The notes beneath the pieces are model-generated. The model saw only the letters and a program-made list of their open reading frames with translations, had not been told where the DNA came from and searched no databases. 64,000 bases of DNA. Source: an uncultured Alphaproteobacteria bacterium (GTDB taxonomy: Bacteria > Pseudomonadota > Alphaproteobacteria > Rhizobiales > Hyphomicrobiaceae). The stretch is taken from NCBI GenBank assembly GCA_963812795.1, contig CAWEWG010000002.1, positions 5,340 through 69,339 of the forward strand, read 5' to 3'. Position numbers and translations under genes: made by a program. Positions 1 through 9,497 of the stretch are shown here, piece by piece. The first letter of the stretch is position 1; each line of letters begins with the position of its first letter.

Positions 1-1683
1 ACGCTGCTCGTCGTGTTGGTGCTGGCCGCCACCGCCGTCGCCGCCGGCACCGATACAGATTGGCTGGTGTTTTCGGCCATCGCCATGGCGCTTCTTGCCG
101 GAACCGCGTGGCTATCGGCCTCTTCCGCATTAGCTGCTGTCTTCTCGGGCGTCGTGGCAATCGCCGTAGCGTTCTTGTGGCAAGGCATCGATGCGCCGCC
201 GCCGGCGACGAACCTATGGCCCGCGGTCGGCGCTGTGATGCGCCTTCCGGACGAGCTCCACGTCTACTTTCCATTCGTCGCATTCTCCTCGCTGGCGGTA
301 GCGCTTGTCGCCGCGCTCCGGCTGCACGTCGGTCGCGACCTGCCCGCCTCGACCGCGGGTCTCTATGCGCTCGCGGCGACGATGACCCCGCTGACCGCGT
401 TGACGGTTGCCTATCTGCGCATCACCCAGTTCGACGGATCGATACCCTTCGCACTGTTCGGGCTGGTACTTGCACTTCTGTTCGCCGACGCCGCCAACAG
501 GTTCCAGAAGGACGAAGGCGATCCGCCCGCCACAGCACCGCACCTCGCTGCCGGCGCGTTTGCCGCTGCGGCCATCGCGGCACTCTCCTTCGCACTCGTG
601 GTTTCGCTCGATCGCGGCTACCTGACGGTTGCCCTTGCGCTGTCGGCCTTGGGGACGTCTTACGTCGCCACGCTGAAGCGCATTCCGATGCTCCGTTATG
701 CCGTTGCGGCACTGGGCGTCGTGGTCCTCGGGCGCGTCGTCTGGGACCCCGCCATCATGGGTGCCGACGTCGGCAGCTGGCCGATCCTGAACTGGCTCCT
801 CGTCGGCTATGGGGTGCCCGCCGCTGCCTTCGCTCTTTCAGCCCGGCTGTTACGGATGCAGGGCGAGGACTTCGCAGTGCGCATTGCAGATACCCTGTCT
901 GTCATTTTCTTGGGACTGCTTGCCTTCTTCGAGATCCGCCACCTGACGCACGGAGGCAACCCTCTCGCGTACGGTTCGAGCTTGACCGAGCAGGGTTTGT
1001 TGACATTCGTGAGCCTCGGGCTCGCCGCCGCGATGCTCAAGCTCGATCTCGGAAGGGCCAATCCGGTGTTCCGGGCGGCGTCCTATGTCTTCGGTCTTGT
1101 CGCGGGCCTGTTTGCCGTGCTCGGACTGGGCTACTTCCAGAACCCCTATTTCGGATCAGAGCCGATCGCCGGCGGCTGGATTATCAACGATCTCGTCCCG
1201 GCCTATCTGTTGCCTGCGCTCATGGCGCTCTATTTGGCGCGCGCCTCGCGTGGGGTGCGACCGCAGTGGTACACGATCGGTGCGGCGGGCCTCTCCTACT
1301 TGCTCGCTTTCTTGTACGTGACGCTGAGTGTGCGCCACCTGTTTCACGGCGCCTACATCGGATACTACGCCGGCACGACGGACGCGGAGCAGTGGACCTA
1401 CTCGGTGGCCTGGCTCGCGCTTGGACTCTTGTTCCTTGCATACGGCGTCTGGCGCGCGTCACCCGAGGCGCGGCTGGCATCTGGCGCCCTGGTGCTGCTG
1501 TCGACGCTCAAGGTGTTTCTGTTCGACCTCGCCGGCGTCGCCGGGCTTTGGCGCGCTCTGTCCTTCATTTGCCTGGGGCTGGTTCTGATCGGCATCGGCC
1601 TCGTCTACCAGCGTCTTCTGTTCGCCAGGCCGCGTCCGAATGAGCCAGACCTTATGCCGGAGCCCGGCACCACTGCGGGATAG
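1..1683 (+). CDS. DUF2339-like polytopic membrane protein, 5' end outside the window
   Basis: The reading frame is open from base 1 with no credible start in the window. About 550 aa of back-to-back hydrophobic helices (Ala/Leu/Gly-rich). High third-position GC. Family assignment is from memory of DUF2339 C-terminal regions and was not searched. Confidence 0.55.
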   Translation, partial: TLLVVLVLAATAVAAGTDTDWLVFSAIAMALLAGTAWLSASSALAAVFSGVVAIAVAFLWQGIDAPPPATNLWPAVGAVMRLPDELHVYFPFVAFSSLAVALVAALRLHVGRDLPASTAGLYALAATMTPLTALTVAYLRITQFDGSIPFALFGLVLALLFADAANRFQKDEGDPPATAPHLAAGAFAAAAIAALSFALVVSLDRGYLTVALALSALGTSYVATLKRIPMLRYAVAALGVVVLGRVVWDPAIMGADVGSWPILNWLLVGYGVPAAAFALSARLLRMQGEDFAVRIADTLSVIFLGLLAFFEIRHLTHGGNPLAYGSSLTEQGLLTFVSLGLAAAMLKLDLGRANPVFRAASYVFGLVAGLFAVLGLGYFQNPYFGSEPIAGGWIINDLVPAYLLPALMALYLARASRGVRPQWYTIGAAGLSYLLAFLYVTLSVRHLFHGAYIGYYAGTTDAEQWTYSVAWLALGLLFLAYGVWRASPEARLASGALVLLSTLKVFLFDLAGVAGLWRALSFICLGLVLIGIGLVYQRLLFARPRPNEPDLMPEPGTTAG

Positions 1684-1719
1684 TGGGCGCGCGGCCAAGG
1701 GGCTCGAACTTACCCCGCC

Positions 1720-3225
1720 TCAAACCGCGAACGACTTCGGCAGCGCCGCGGCCATGGCGCGTGAAACGGTTGCGTCGATGTCCGCCAGGAGACCCGTGCG
1801 CTCCGGCGCGCCGATCGGACGCGCGCGCTCCGCGAGCGCACGCGCCAGTGTGTCGGCGTTGCCGTCGGGCACGTCGTGCACGTGCGCGTAGCGCGCAATC
1901 TCGGCATAGTCCTTGCGCCACAGCGCGGCCATGAAGGCGAGGGGGCCGAACTTCTCCTTCTCGATGATCACGGCCGGATGCCCGCCGCCGTCCTTTGCGG
2001 CGAGGCGTGCGTGCTCCTCGTAGTACCAGGTCCAGTGGCGCGCGGGCCGGGTGTGGTGCTCGACGTGGTAGTCGAAGCCGAGGTTGCCGTGGTCGTGGTG
2101 GACGAAATCGGTCGTGTGGCCGTGCGACGGTACCGGGTCAGCGGGGTCGACGAGCCCGTGCTGGTAGAATGTGATCAGGGTGATGTAGGTGCCGCCGACG
2201 AAGCGCGACACGAAGAGATAGAGGGCGCCCAGCGGATTGATGAGGGCGACGGCGAGGACGAAGGCCCACCAGACGGCGAGGCCGCGGACGACGTCGCGGA
2301 TCTGGCGCTGCTTGCCCTTCTTGACGAGGTAGGTGAGGAGCCGCGCGCCGGTGACGAGATCGATGCTCTGCCACAGGGCGTGGCGGCTGAAGTCGAGGAA
2401 GCTCGTGCGGTAGTAGGGTAGCGTCGTGTGCGTATCGAGGGGTCCGTTGTCCTCGACATGGTGCACGTAGACGTGCTGCACGCGATAGAAGTTGGGCGCC
2501 CGCGCGGTGAGAAGCGCCAGCACGTACTCGAAATGAAACTGCAGCACCCTGAGAACGATCTTGATGCGCTCGCTGGCGCCAGGCTTCGGAGAGAAAACGC
2601 GCGTGTGGGTGTTCTGGTGCTCGACGATCTCCTGCGGGAAGAGGCCGAGCAGCAGGCACGTCGCATGGGCGAAGATCACGAGGTAGTTGAACGTGCCCGG
2701 CAGGATGACGAGCACCGTCAGCGGCAGCATGAGCAGCGTGTTGGCAACGCACACGCGCCCGAAGATGGCGTCGATGGGATGGTTGAGCACGCTCGCAAGC
2801 CAGCGCTCGAGCGGGTGGCCCGACATCGAGGCCTTGAGCGCGTCGAAGGTGTCGGCGTACTCGGTGTAGACGAGATAGGAGCGCGCGAGGAGGCCGAGAG
2901 ACACGACGAGCGCCAGCTGCAGGACGATGTCGCGCGGGCTCGTCAGATCGGGGAAGAAGCCGGGGATCGTCTGCGTGATATAGACGGTGAGCGCGGTCGA
3001 GGCGATCAGCCAGGCAAGAGGCAGGCGCTGGATGAGCGCGCGCGGGACGATCCAGGCGCTGACGGCGCCGCCGGCGGCGACGACCCAGTAGACGATGCTC
3101 GCTCCGACAATGAAGTAGCCGGAGAGCACGCCGGCGATGGCGCTGAGAAGAATGGTCGGCAGGGACGGTTTGTCGACCGTGCCACCGCCCGCTTGTGGCG
3201 CTTGCGCAGCAATGTCCGTGGCCAT
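1720..3225 (-). CDS. Membrane fatty-acid desaturase family protein
   Basis: His-box motifs HQNTH, HVYVHH and HVEHH in the order typical of membrane desaturases/hydroxylases. Several N-terminal TM helices. A purine-rich GAGAGAG stretch lies upstream of the ATG at 3225. Confidence 0.8.
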   Translation of the reverse strand: MATDIAAQAPQAGGGTVDKPSLPTILLSAIAGVLSGYFIVGASIVYWVVAAGGAVSAWIVPRALIQRLPLAWLIASTALTVYITQTIPGFFPDLTSPRDIVLQLALVVSLGLLARSYLVYTEYADTFDALKASMSGHPLERWLASVLNHPIDAIFGRVCVANTLLMLPLTVLVILPGTFNYLVIFAHATCLLLGLFPQEIVEHQNTHTRVFSPKPGASERIKIVLRVLQFHFEYVLALLTARAPNFYRVQHVYVHHVEDNGPLDTHTTLPYYRTSFLDFSRHALWQSIDLVTGARLLTYLVKKGKQRQIRDVVRGLAVWWAFVLAVALINPLGALYLFVSRFVGGTYITLITFYQHGLVDPADPVPSHGHTTDFVHHDHGNLGFDYHVEHHTRPARHWTWYYEEHARLAAKDGGGHPAVIIEKEKFGPLAFMAALWRKDYAEIARYAHVHDVPDGNADTLARALAERARPIGAPERTGLLADIDATVSRAMAAALPKSFAV

Positions 3226-3532
3226 GATGGTGCTCTCTCTGCCTGAAGCCTCATCGAGCTAATCTAAGGAGCGCCTCCCATCCTAGCTGCTCCCCACGAT
3301 ATCGTCGCCCTTCTCGGCGAAGCTGGCTAATGCAACGTAGGCGGTCTAGCGCCTCCACCGTTCTCCGAGCCAGGCCTCTTTATCAGTGGAAGCCGTAACG
3401 ATTGGTTTTTGCATGCTTTCTGATTGCGCACGCAGGTTCGGCCCGTACCGGCTTCGTGGCCAGACGATCGTCGCAAACGGATACTAGCCTGAAACCCGTT
3501 GCGTCCTTGGCGTCGGAACGGGAGAGACACCT

Positions 3533-6500
3533 ATGCGAATGTCGATCGCTTGCGGTGTGCTGGTAACGATCGTTCTCGCCGCCGCGGCCTTGTTCAGCGC
3601 CTCGGCCCAGCAGCGCGTCGAAGATCCAGCCGCTCTCAGCAATCGGATCAGCGAACTGCAAAATTCCGGCAAGTATGCCGAGGCGATGCCGCTCGCCGAA
3701 CAGCTCGCAGCCCTCAGCAAGTCCCGCTCCGGCGAAGTCAGCATAGAGCACGCGACGGCTCTCCACACATTGGCCGGCCTTTACTTCTTCCAATCGCGCT
3801 ACGCCGAGGCCGAACCTCTTTACAAGCGCGCCATTGCCATCCGCGAGCGTCTGCTGGGTCCCACCCATCCGGACGTGCTGTCGACCCTCGACACGCTGGC
3901 GAGCATCTACCGCTTCAGCCATCGGCCGCAAGAAGCCGAACAGCTCTTGAGGCGCGTGCTGGAGGCGAAAGAGCGCGCTGCAGGCCCTGATAGCCCAGAG
4001 CTCGTTGAACCGTTGAGTCAGCTTGCGCAGATCCAAACGATTTTGAAACGCTTCGCTGAAGCCGAAGCCTTGCTGCGTCGCGCGCTCACCATCGCCGAGA
4101 TGGGCACGCGGGATCCTGCGCAAATGGCTTCGCTTCTGGGCAGCCTGGCGCAAATCGAGCAGGCGCGCGGCGAGCTCGAGAATGCTGCCGCCACCATCCA
4201 GCGCGCGCTGCAATGGCACGAGGCAGCATCCCGATCCGGGGATGCCGATGTCAACGCGGGGATGAAGCACATATTCGCGTTGATGCAGCTGGGCGCGCTC
4301 TATCAGCAGATGGAGCGCTTCGCCGACGCCGGCGCGATCATGGAACGCGTGCTCGGCATGACCGAGAAGCTGCTCGGTCCAGATCATCCGGTGGTCGCAA
4401 GCACGCTCGAAGCGACGGCAAGCACCTTTGAATTCGCCGACCGCTTTGCCGATGCCGAGCCGCTACGCAAACGTGCGATCGCCATCAACGAGCGCGCCTA
4501 CGGAAGCGAACATCGCAACGTTGCGTTGTCCTTGCAGGGGCTTGGCCACCTCTATCGCCTGCAGAACCGTAACGAGGAGGCGCTGCCCCTCCTGATCCGG
4601 TCATTGAGCCTCTCGGAGAAGGTCCTTGGACCGGAGCATGCTGAACTCGCGCCCAATCTCATTGAGATAGGCAACCTATACAAGAGCCAGAAGCGCTACG
4701 CGGAGGCGGAGCCGTTGCTCAAGCGCGCCCTGGCTTGCCTGGAAAAAGCGGAACACCTCGATCCCAATGTGGCGGGCGCGCAAACCGTAAGCGTTCTGCA
4801 AAGCCTGTCCTTCCTCTATCAATCTCAAGGGCGTCACGCGGAGGGCCAGGCCTTCGCCGAGCGCGCCGTCGCTGTCAGTGAGCGCGTGTTCGGGCGCGAC
4901 CATTTCCTCACCGGCGCCATGCTGGTCTCGCTCGCCCTCCACGCCGTGGACCAGGGTCGCCTCGATGAAGCCGAGCGGCTGTTCACGCGCGCTCTGCCGA
5001 TTTCCAGCAAAGAGGGCCGGGACAGCGCCTCCTATGCCGACAACATTGCCGGCTTCAGCATGATCCAGGTCCAGAGGCAGGACTGGGCCGCAGCCTATGA
5101 CAATATGAGGACGGCCTCGGCGATCTACATCGCGGCTGACGAGCAGGCAGCCGGCGGCGCGAAGGGGGGACGCAGCGCATCGAAAGGCGATTCTATCCGC
5201 CACGCGGACATCTTTCTGCTGCAGAGCGTCACCGCCTACAGAGTGGCCGAAACCGATCCCGCATCCGCCGACAGATTGCGCGCCGAGGCCTTTCAAATGG
5301 CACAGCGAGCCGAAAGCTCGCAGGCCGCGGCTGCGCTGAGCCAGATGGCGGCGCGCTTCGCCTCGGGCAAGGGCGCGCTCTCGGTCCTCGTCCGGGAGCG
5401 GCAAGATCTTGTCGCCACGTGGCAGAGCGTCGATGCACGTCTTACGACTGCGCTATCGGCAACCCCGGATCAGCGCAATGCCAACAATGAGCAAGCACTT
5501 CGAGAGCGTCTGGCCGGCATCAGCGGTCGCCTCGACGCGATCGATGCGCGGCTGGTCAACGAGTTCCCCGATTATGCCGCGTTTGCCAAGCCGCAGCCGC
5601 TGTCGATTGCGGAGGTGCAGCGACTGCTTGCCCCGCATGAGGCCCTGGTCCTCATTGTCAATCGCCCGCACCAAAGCGTCATCTGGGTCGTCGCCAAGGA
5701 CGGCGCACGTTGGAACCTTGTTGATCAGGGTGAGGAAGAGCTCAAACGCGAGGTCGCGGCCCTGCGCTGCGGACTGGATACGGCCTCGTGGGAGGCAGGC
5801 ACCACCCCGACTTGCGAATCCTTGACCGGGGTCCGACGTCGTCCGGGCCAGCCGCTGCCTTTTGACCTCGCACGCGCCCACAACCTCTATCGTACGCTTC
5901 TGGCTCCTTTCGAGGAGATTATCGACGGCAAGCAACTGTTGATCGCGGCATTGGGTCCGCTCTCGAGCTTGCCATTGCAAGTGCTCGTCACAGAGCCCTC
6001 CAGCGCAAGCCCCGGCGCTGACCCGTCCGAGTACATCCATGCCGCGTGGATCTCTAAGCGTCACGCGATCACCAACCTGCCGTCGGTCGATAGCCTGAAA
6101 TCGTTGCGCAACGCCGCCAAGGCGAGCGTTGCGAAACATCCCTTCCTCGGCTTCGGCAATCCGTTGCTCACCGGTCGTGGCGGCAAGGACCGCACCGCCT
6201 GGGCGAAGCAGAGCTGCCCGCGCGGAGATCAAGTTGCACTCGCGCAACTCGGCGATTGGAGGCGCCCAGAGCCGTTGTCGGTTGCGAGACTGTTCAGAGG
6301 CGGCAAAGCCGACACCGAAATGCTTCGCCAGCAAGACCCGCTGCCTGAGACAGCCGACGAGCTGTGCGCGGTGGCGCACGCGCTCAGCGCGCCAGACAGT
6401 GATGTCATGCTTGGCGAGAAGGCATCGGAGAAAACCATCGCCGCGCTGAACGGTTCGAATGCACTCGCAACGTACAAGGTCGTGCACTTTGCCACCCACG

Positions 6501-6970
6501 GCCTCCTGGCCGGCGAGGCGCAGAGCCTTGGCTTAGGTGCGGAACCGGCGCTGCTGCTCACGCCACCCCAGACGGCGACCGCCGCCGATGACGGCCTTTT
6601 GACCGCAAGCGAGGTCGCGCAATTGAAGCTCGACGCTGACTGGGTGGTGCTTTCGGCCTGCAACACCGCAGGTGGAGAAAGTGGGAGCTCGGAAGCTTTA
6701 TCGGGCCTTGCTCGCGCATTCTTCTATGCCGGCGCGCGCGCACTGCTGGTCTCGCATTGGTATGTGGACAGCGACGCGGCCGTGAAGCTTGTGACGCGCG
6801 CTTTCGCCGAGATCGCGACGAACCCGACTATCGGGCGTGCCGAAGCCTTTCGCCGCGCCATGCTCGCGTTCATGAGCACAACCGATCGCCCCAAGCATTG
6901 GACGCCCGCGGCTCATCCGGCCGTGTGGGCTCCATTCGTCGTCGTGGGTGAGGGCGGTGCAACCCGATAG
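3533..6970 (+). CDS. Exported tetratricopeptide-repeat (TPR) + CHAT (caspase-like) domain protein
   Basis: N-terminal Sec-type signal peptide (MRMSIACGVLVTIVLAAAALFSASA/QQ). About 10 TPR units with a recurrent YxxAEPLxKRAL pattern. C-terminal CHAT region with the His/Cys dyad context VVHFATHGLL and VVLSACNTAGG. Confidence 0.85.
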   Translation: MRMSIACGVLVTIVLAAAALFSASAQQRVEDPAALSNRISELQNSGKYAEAMPLAEQLAALSKSRSGEVSIEHATALHTLAGLYFFQSRYAEAEPLYKRAIAIRERLLGPTHPDVLSTLDTLASIYRFSHRPQEAEQLLRRVLEAKERAAGPDSPELVEPLSQLAQIQTILKRFAEAEALLRRALTIAEMGTRDPAQMASLLGSLAQIEQARGELENAAATIQRALQWHEAASRSGDADVNAGMKHIFALMQLGALYQQMERFADAGAIMERVLGMTEKLLGPDHPVVASTLEATASTFEFADRFADAEPLRKRAIAINERAYGSEHRNVALSLQGLGHLYRLQNRNEEALPLLIRSLSLSEKVLGPEHAELAPNLIEIGNLYKSQKRYAEAEPLLKRALACLEKAEHLDPNVAGAQTVSVLQSLSFLYQSQGRHAEGQAFAERAVAVSERVFGRDHFLTGAMLVSLALHAVDQGRLDEAERLFTRALPISSKEGRDSASYADNIAGFSMIQVQRQDWAAAYDNMRTASAIYIAADEQAAGGAKGGRSASKGDSIRHADIFLLQSVTAYRVAETDPASADRLRAEAFQMAQRAESSQAAAALSQMAARFASGKGALSVLVRERQDLVATWQSVDARLTTALSATPDQRNANNEQALRERLAGISGRLDAIDARLVNEFPDYAAFAKPQPLSIAEVQRLLAPHEALVLIVNRPHQSVIWVVAKDGARWNLVDQGEEELKREVAALRCGLDTASWEAGTTPTCESLTGVRRRPGQPLPFDLARAHNLYRTLLAPFEEIIDGKQLLIAALGPLSSLPLQVLVTEPSSASPGADPSEYIHAAWISKRHAITNLPSVDSLKSLRNAAKASVAKHPFLGFGNPLLTGRGGKDRTAWAKQSCPRGDQVALAQLGDWRRPEPLSVARLFRGGKADTEMLRQQDPLPETADELCAVAHALSAPDSDVMLGEKASEKTIAALNGSNALATYKVVHFATHGLLAGEAQSLGLGAEPALLLTPPQTATAADDGLLTASEVAQLKLDADWVVLSACNTAGGESGSSEALSGLARAFFYAGARALLVSHWYVDSDAAVKLVTRAFAEIATNPTIGRAEAFRRAMLAFMSTTDRPKHWTPAAHPAVWAPFVVVGEGGATR

Positions 6971-7067
6971 CGATCAGCAAGGCGGGGCGGACAAAGACGC
7001 TGCCGGAGGCACGGGATGCGTGATAATCTCCGCCGGAAAACCGTCGATCAACCTAAGGGGGCGCGCA

Positions 7068-7589
7068 ATGATGTTGCAGCGTACGAGGAGATGCCGGATC
7101 GCCGTTGCAGCGCTGGGTGCCGCGGTAGCGCTCCCCGCGCTGGCCGCCGATCGCGAGCAGCCGCGCATCGTCGTCAATCTCGTGGGCGCTATCAAAGCCC
7201 CCTTTGGTCCCAAGATGGAAGGCGAGAAGACGGAGCGGGCATGGCGCATCGGCGACGGCGGCGTGGGCGCGTGCCTGCGGCATGAGAACCGCCGCTGGTG
7301 CTACGAGCAATTTCCCGCCGAGGGGCTGCGGATGGAGATGCTGCAGATCAGCGTCGAGCCGCTGGAAGACCGCGAAGGTCGCCCCTCCGGCCCCTGGCAA
7401 TACGCCACCGATTACGATCTCGACGGTATGGCGGACCTCGGCGGCTACAAGATGCGGGGCGCCACGGCGGCGGCCGACAAGCACTATTTCTTCAGCGCCT
7501 TCGCGCATCGCGGCGAGGATCACAAGGCGGACGTGCAGGCTATTTACGATGAGGGCATCAAAATCGCGCTCGAGCACTTGGGTGACTAG
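7068..7589 (+). CDS. Hypothetical exported protein
   Basis: An internal ATG at 7068 gives MMLQRTRRCRIAVAALGAAVALPALA/AD, a clean signal peptide. Codon bias is consistent with coding. No recognisable domain. Confidence 0.6.
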   Translation: MMLQRTRRCRIAVAALGAAVALPALAADREQPRIVVNLVGAIKAPFGPKMEGEKTERAWRIGDGGVGACLRHENRRWCYEQFPAEGLRMEMLQISVEPLEDREGRPSGPWQYATDYDLDGMADLGGYKMRGATAAADKHYFFSAFAHRGEDHKADVQAIYDEGIKIALEHLGD

Positions 7590-7604
7590 GGAGCGGACCT
7601 GGAG

Positions 7605-8067
7605 ATGCCTGCACATTTGCGTCTAGCGACGTCGACACGCAGCAATTTTCTGCGTTGCCGGCCTTGCGGCCGTTGCCCTCGCGATCGGTTTTGCTTTTCC
7701 CGGTACCGCTTTCGCCTCGACCATTGCCTTCCGGGCCGAGCTCACGGGGGCCGGCATGGTGCCCCCGACGGGGAGCGGCGCCACCGGCTATGTGCGCGCG
7801 ACGTACGACACGCAGAGCCGGAAGCTGACTTGGACGGGCGACTATTCGGGGCTCTCGAGCAAGATCACACGCATTGCCTTTCACGGACCCGCAGGCCCGG
7901 CCGCCACGGCGGGCGTTGCGCAGCGGATCAGGAGCCTGTCGAGCGGCTCCACGACGCTTTCGGACGCCGAGGCGGCTGAGCTCATTGGCGGGTATTGGAA
8001 CATCACCATTCACACGCGCAGCCATCCCGAGGGTGAAATCCGCGGCCAAGTGGCAAGAGGCGAGTAG
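7605..8067 (+). CDS. CHRD domain protein; start region apparently frameshifted
   Basis: The CHRD-like mature region (AELTGAGMVPP...YVRATYD...LTW...AFHGPAGPA...HTRSHPEGEIRGQV) is in the frame of 7756..8067. That frame is open back to 7627 and encodes AAIFCVAGLAAVALAIGFAFPGTAFA/ST (a signal-peptide core) but has no ATG/GTG/TTG. An ATG at 7605 with GGGAG 11 nt upstream lies in the neighbouring frame. Confidence 0.6.
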
Positions 8068-8167
8068 CATTCCCCGCGCGCCGTTGGCGACGCCGACTTC
8101 GGATGGACAGAGCTCGGCCGTGCCGGTAACGCAAATTTAACCACCATGACAAAATGATGAACCCTCG

Positions 8168-8895
8168 GTGCCACCGCACCTTCGAGGACGAATGCTGTCG
8201 AAAATGCGTAGACGGAACGGTACTCCGCCTCCGGCTCCCTGGAATGTCACGCAAAGCGCGTGCCTCTTCCTCACTGACAATGAGAAACCTGATTGGCGAG
8301 AGCCCGTGCGGCTCGCCGAGGTCCGCCCGACGCAGATGGCCGTTGGCATGCGATCGGTCGAAGTTAAGCGCCGCAAGATCGAGCGCCACGTTGAGAGTTC
8401 CCGGAAGCTGCGCCGATTCCTTGAGAGGCGGCCGGTCCCCGCTGTGCTCGGGCCGGGAGAAGACTATTACATCATCGACCACCATCATCTGAGCCTGGCC
8501 CTTTGGCAGAGCGAGGTCGACGAAGTATTCGTGTGCGTCGTTGGCGATCTGTCCGACATGCCGAAACGCGCCTTCTTTCATGCGATGGCAGCACTCGGCT
8601 GGCTTCATGCTTATGACGCCGACGGGCGGAAGATCTGCCCGACGCGTCTACCCGCGACGCTCGATCAACTCCAAGTGCGACCGCTATCGCGATCTAGCCT
8701 GGTCGGTGCGGGAGGCCGGCGGATTTCGAGAAGGTGCCCATCCCCTTCAGCGAGTTTGCATGGGCGAATTTTTTCCGCGACCGTATACCGGCAACCGTGC
8801 TGTCGCGCGATTTTGAACTTGCTCACGAACGAGCATTGCACCTCGCGCGCTCGCAGGCTGCGAGGCATCTTCCCGGAAACGTCTACCGGGCGTGA
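8168..8895 (+). pseudogene. ParB-like nuclease (ParBc_2-type) gene interrupted by two +1 frame changes
   Basis: Frame a (8168-~8675) has VRLAEVRPTQMAVG...YYIIDHHHLSLAL...WLHAYDADG. Frame b (~8679-8726) has DRYRDLAWSVREAGGF. Frame c (~8728-8895) has EKVPIPFSEFAWANFFRDRIPATVLSRDFELAHERALHLARSQAARHLPG. Concatenated, these read as one typical ParBc_2 protein. The N-terminal start (8168, 8192 or 8204) is uncertain. Confidence 0.75.
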
Positions 8896-9497
8896 TTGAG
8901 CGGGGTCGTAGCCAGTTCCGGGTCTGGCCCTTTAGGCCAACGCGAGAAGCATTGGACGAAGTAGGTGCAGGGTCCGAAGAAGCACGAGCCGTTGGCGACG
9001 CCGACGCCGATGTGGTTCATTTCCGTTCCGACCAGATGTTTGCGGTGACCCGAAGAGTTGAGCCACATCCTGAGCGCGCTCTCGGGCGTGGTGCCGTTTC
9101 CTCTGGCGATGTTCTCGGTCACGCGGATCACGCGCTGACCGCCGGTGTTGCGGCGCTTGTAGCGGCTGGTCGGTGAGGTGCCGCCGGGTCCGAAGTGATC
9201 GAAATAGCTTCGCCTTGCCATATCCTGCGCGTGATCGAAGGCCGCTGCCGAGCAGACCGGATCTTCTTCGAATGGCGGAAGGCCGTTGCGGCGACGAAAC
9301 GCGTTGGTGATTTTGATCGTTTCCGCCGCCTGCTGTTCGAAGACGGTCAGTTGCCGCGCTTGGGGCGGAGGGGTGCGGGCGGAGGACTGCGGGCGGAAGC
9401 GCCGCGGGCGCGGCGACGGCGCCTTGCACGGCGGGCGCGGGAGCTGCTGCATGCGGGATCGTTTCCGTTTGCCACGCACTGGTGCGCGCACCGGCAA
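8883..9497 (-). CDS. CAP/SCP/PR-1-like domain protein; N-terminus uncertain
   Basis: CAP-domain pattern AFRRRNGLPPF...AAFDHAQDMARRSYFDHFGP...GENIARG...ALRMWLNSSGHRKHL...MNHIGVGV. 9497 is a TTG and the first ATG is at 9452. A signal-peptide-like sequence (RWFGLLVFMTMLSPLSAFAGA) lies upstream in a different frame. Confidence 0.7.
   Translation of the reverse strand: MPVRAPVRGKRKRSRMQQLPRPPCKAPSPRPRRFRPQSSARTPPPQARQLTVFEQQAAETIKITNAFRRRNGLPPFEEDPVCSAAAFDHAQDMARRSYFDHFGPGGTSPTSRYKRRNTGGQRVIRVTENIARGNGTTPESALRMWLNSSGHRKHLVGTEMNHIGVGVANGSCFFGPCTYFVQCFSRWPKGPDPELATTPLNHAR

Noticed and set aside
3533-6970. TPR-CHAT as a Craspase-like or type III-E CRISPR-associated protease
   Set aside because: There is no CRISPR array, gRAMP/Cas7-11, Csx30/31 or sigma-factor partner nearby. 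The protein also has a Sec signal peptide, which is incompatible with a cytoplasmic CRISPR effector role.
8660-8730. Programmed ribosomal frameshifting to explain the frame changes (also in glpX and the TonB-dependent receptor)
   Set aside because: There are no slippery heptamers or downstream pseudoknots at the junctions. The affected families are not known to use recoding, and the sites are heterogeneous. Indels, whether real or artefactual, are the simpler explanation.
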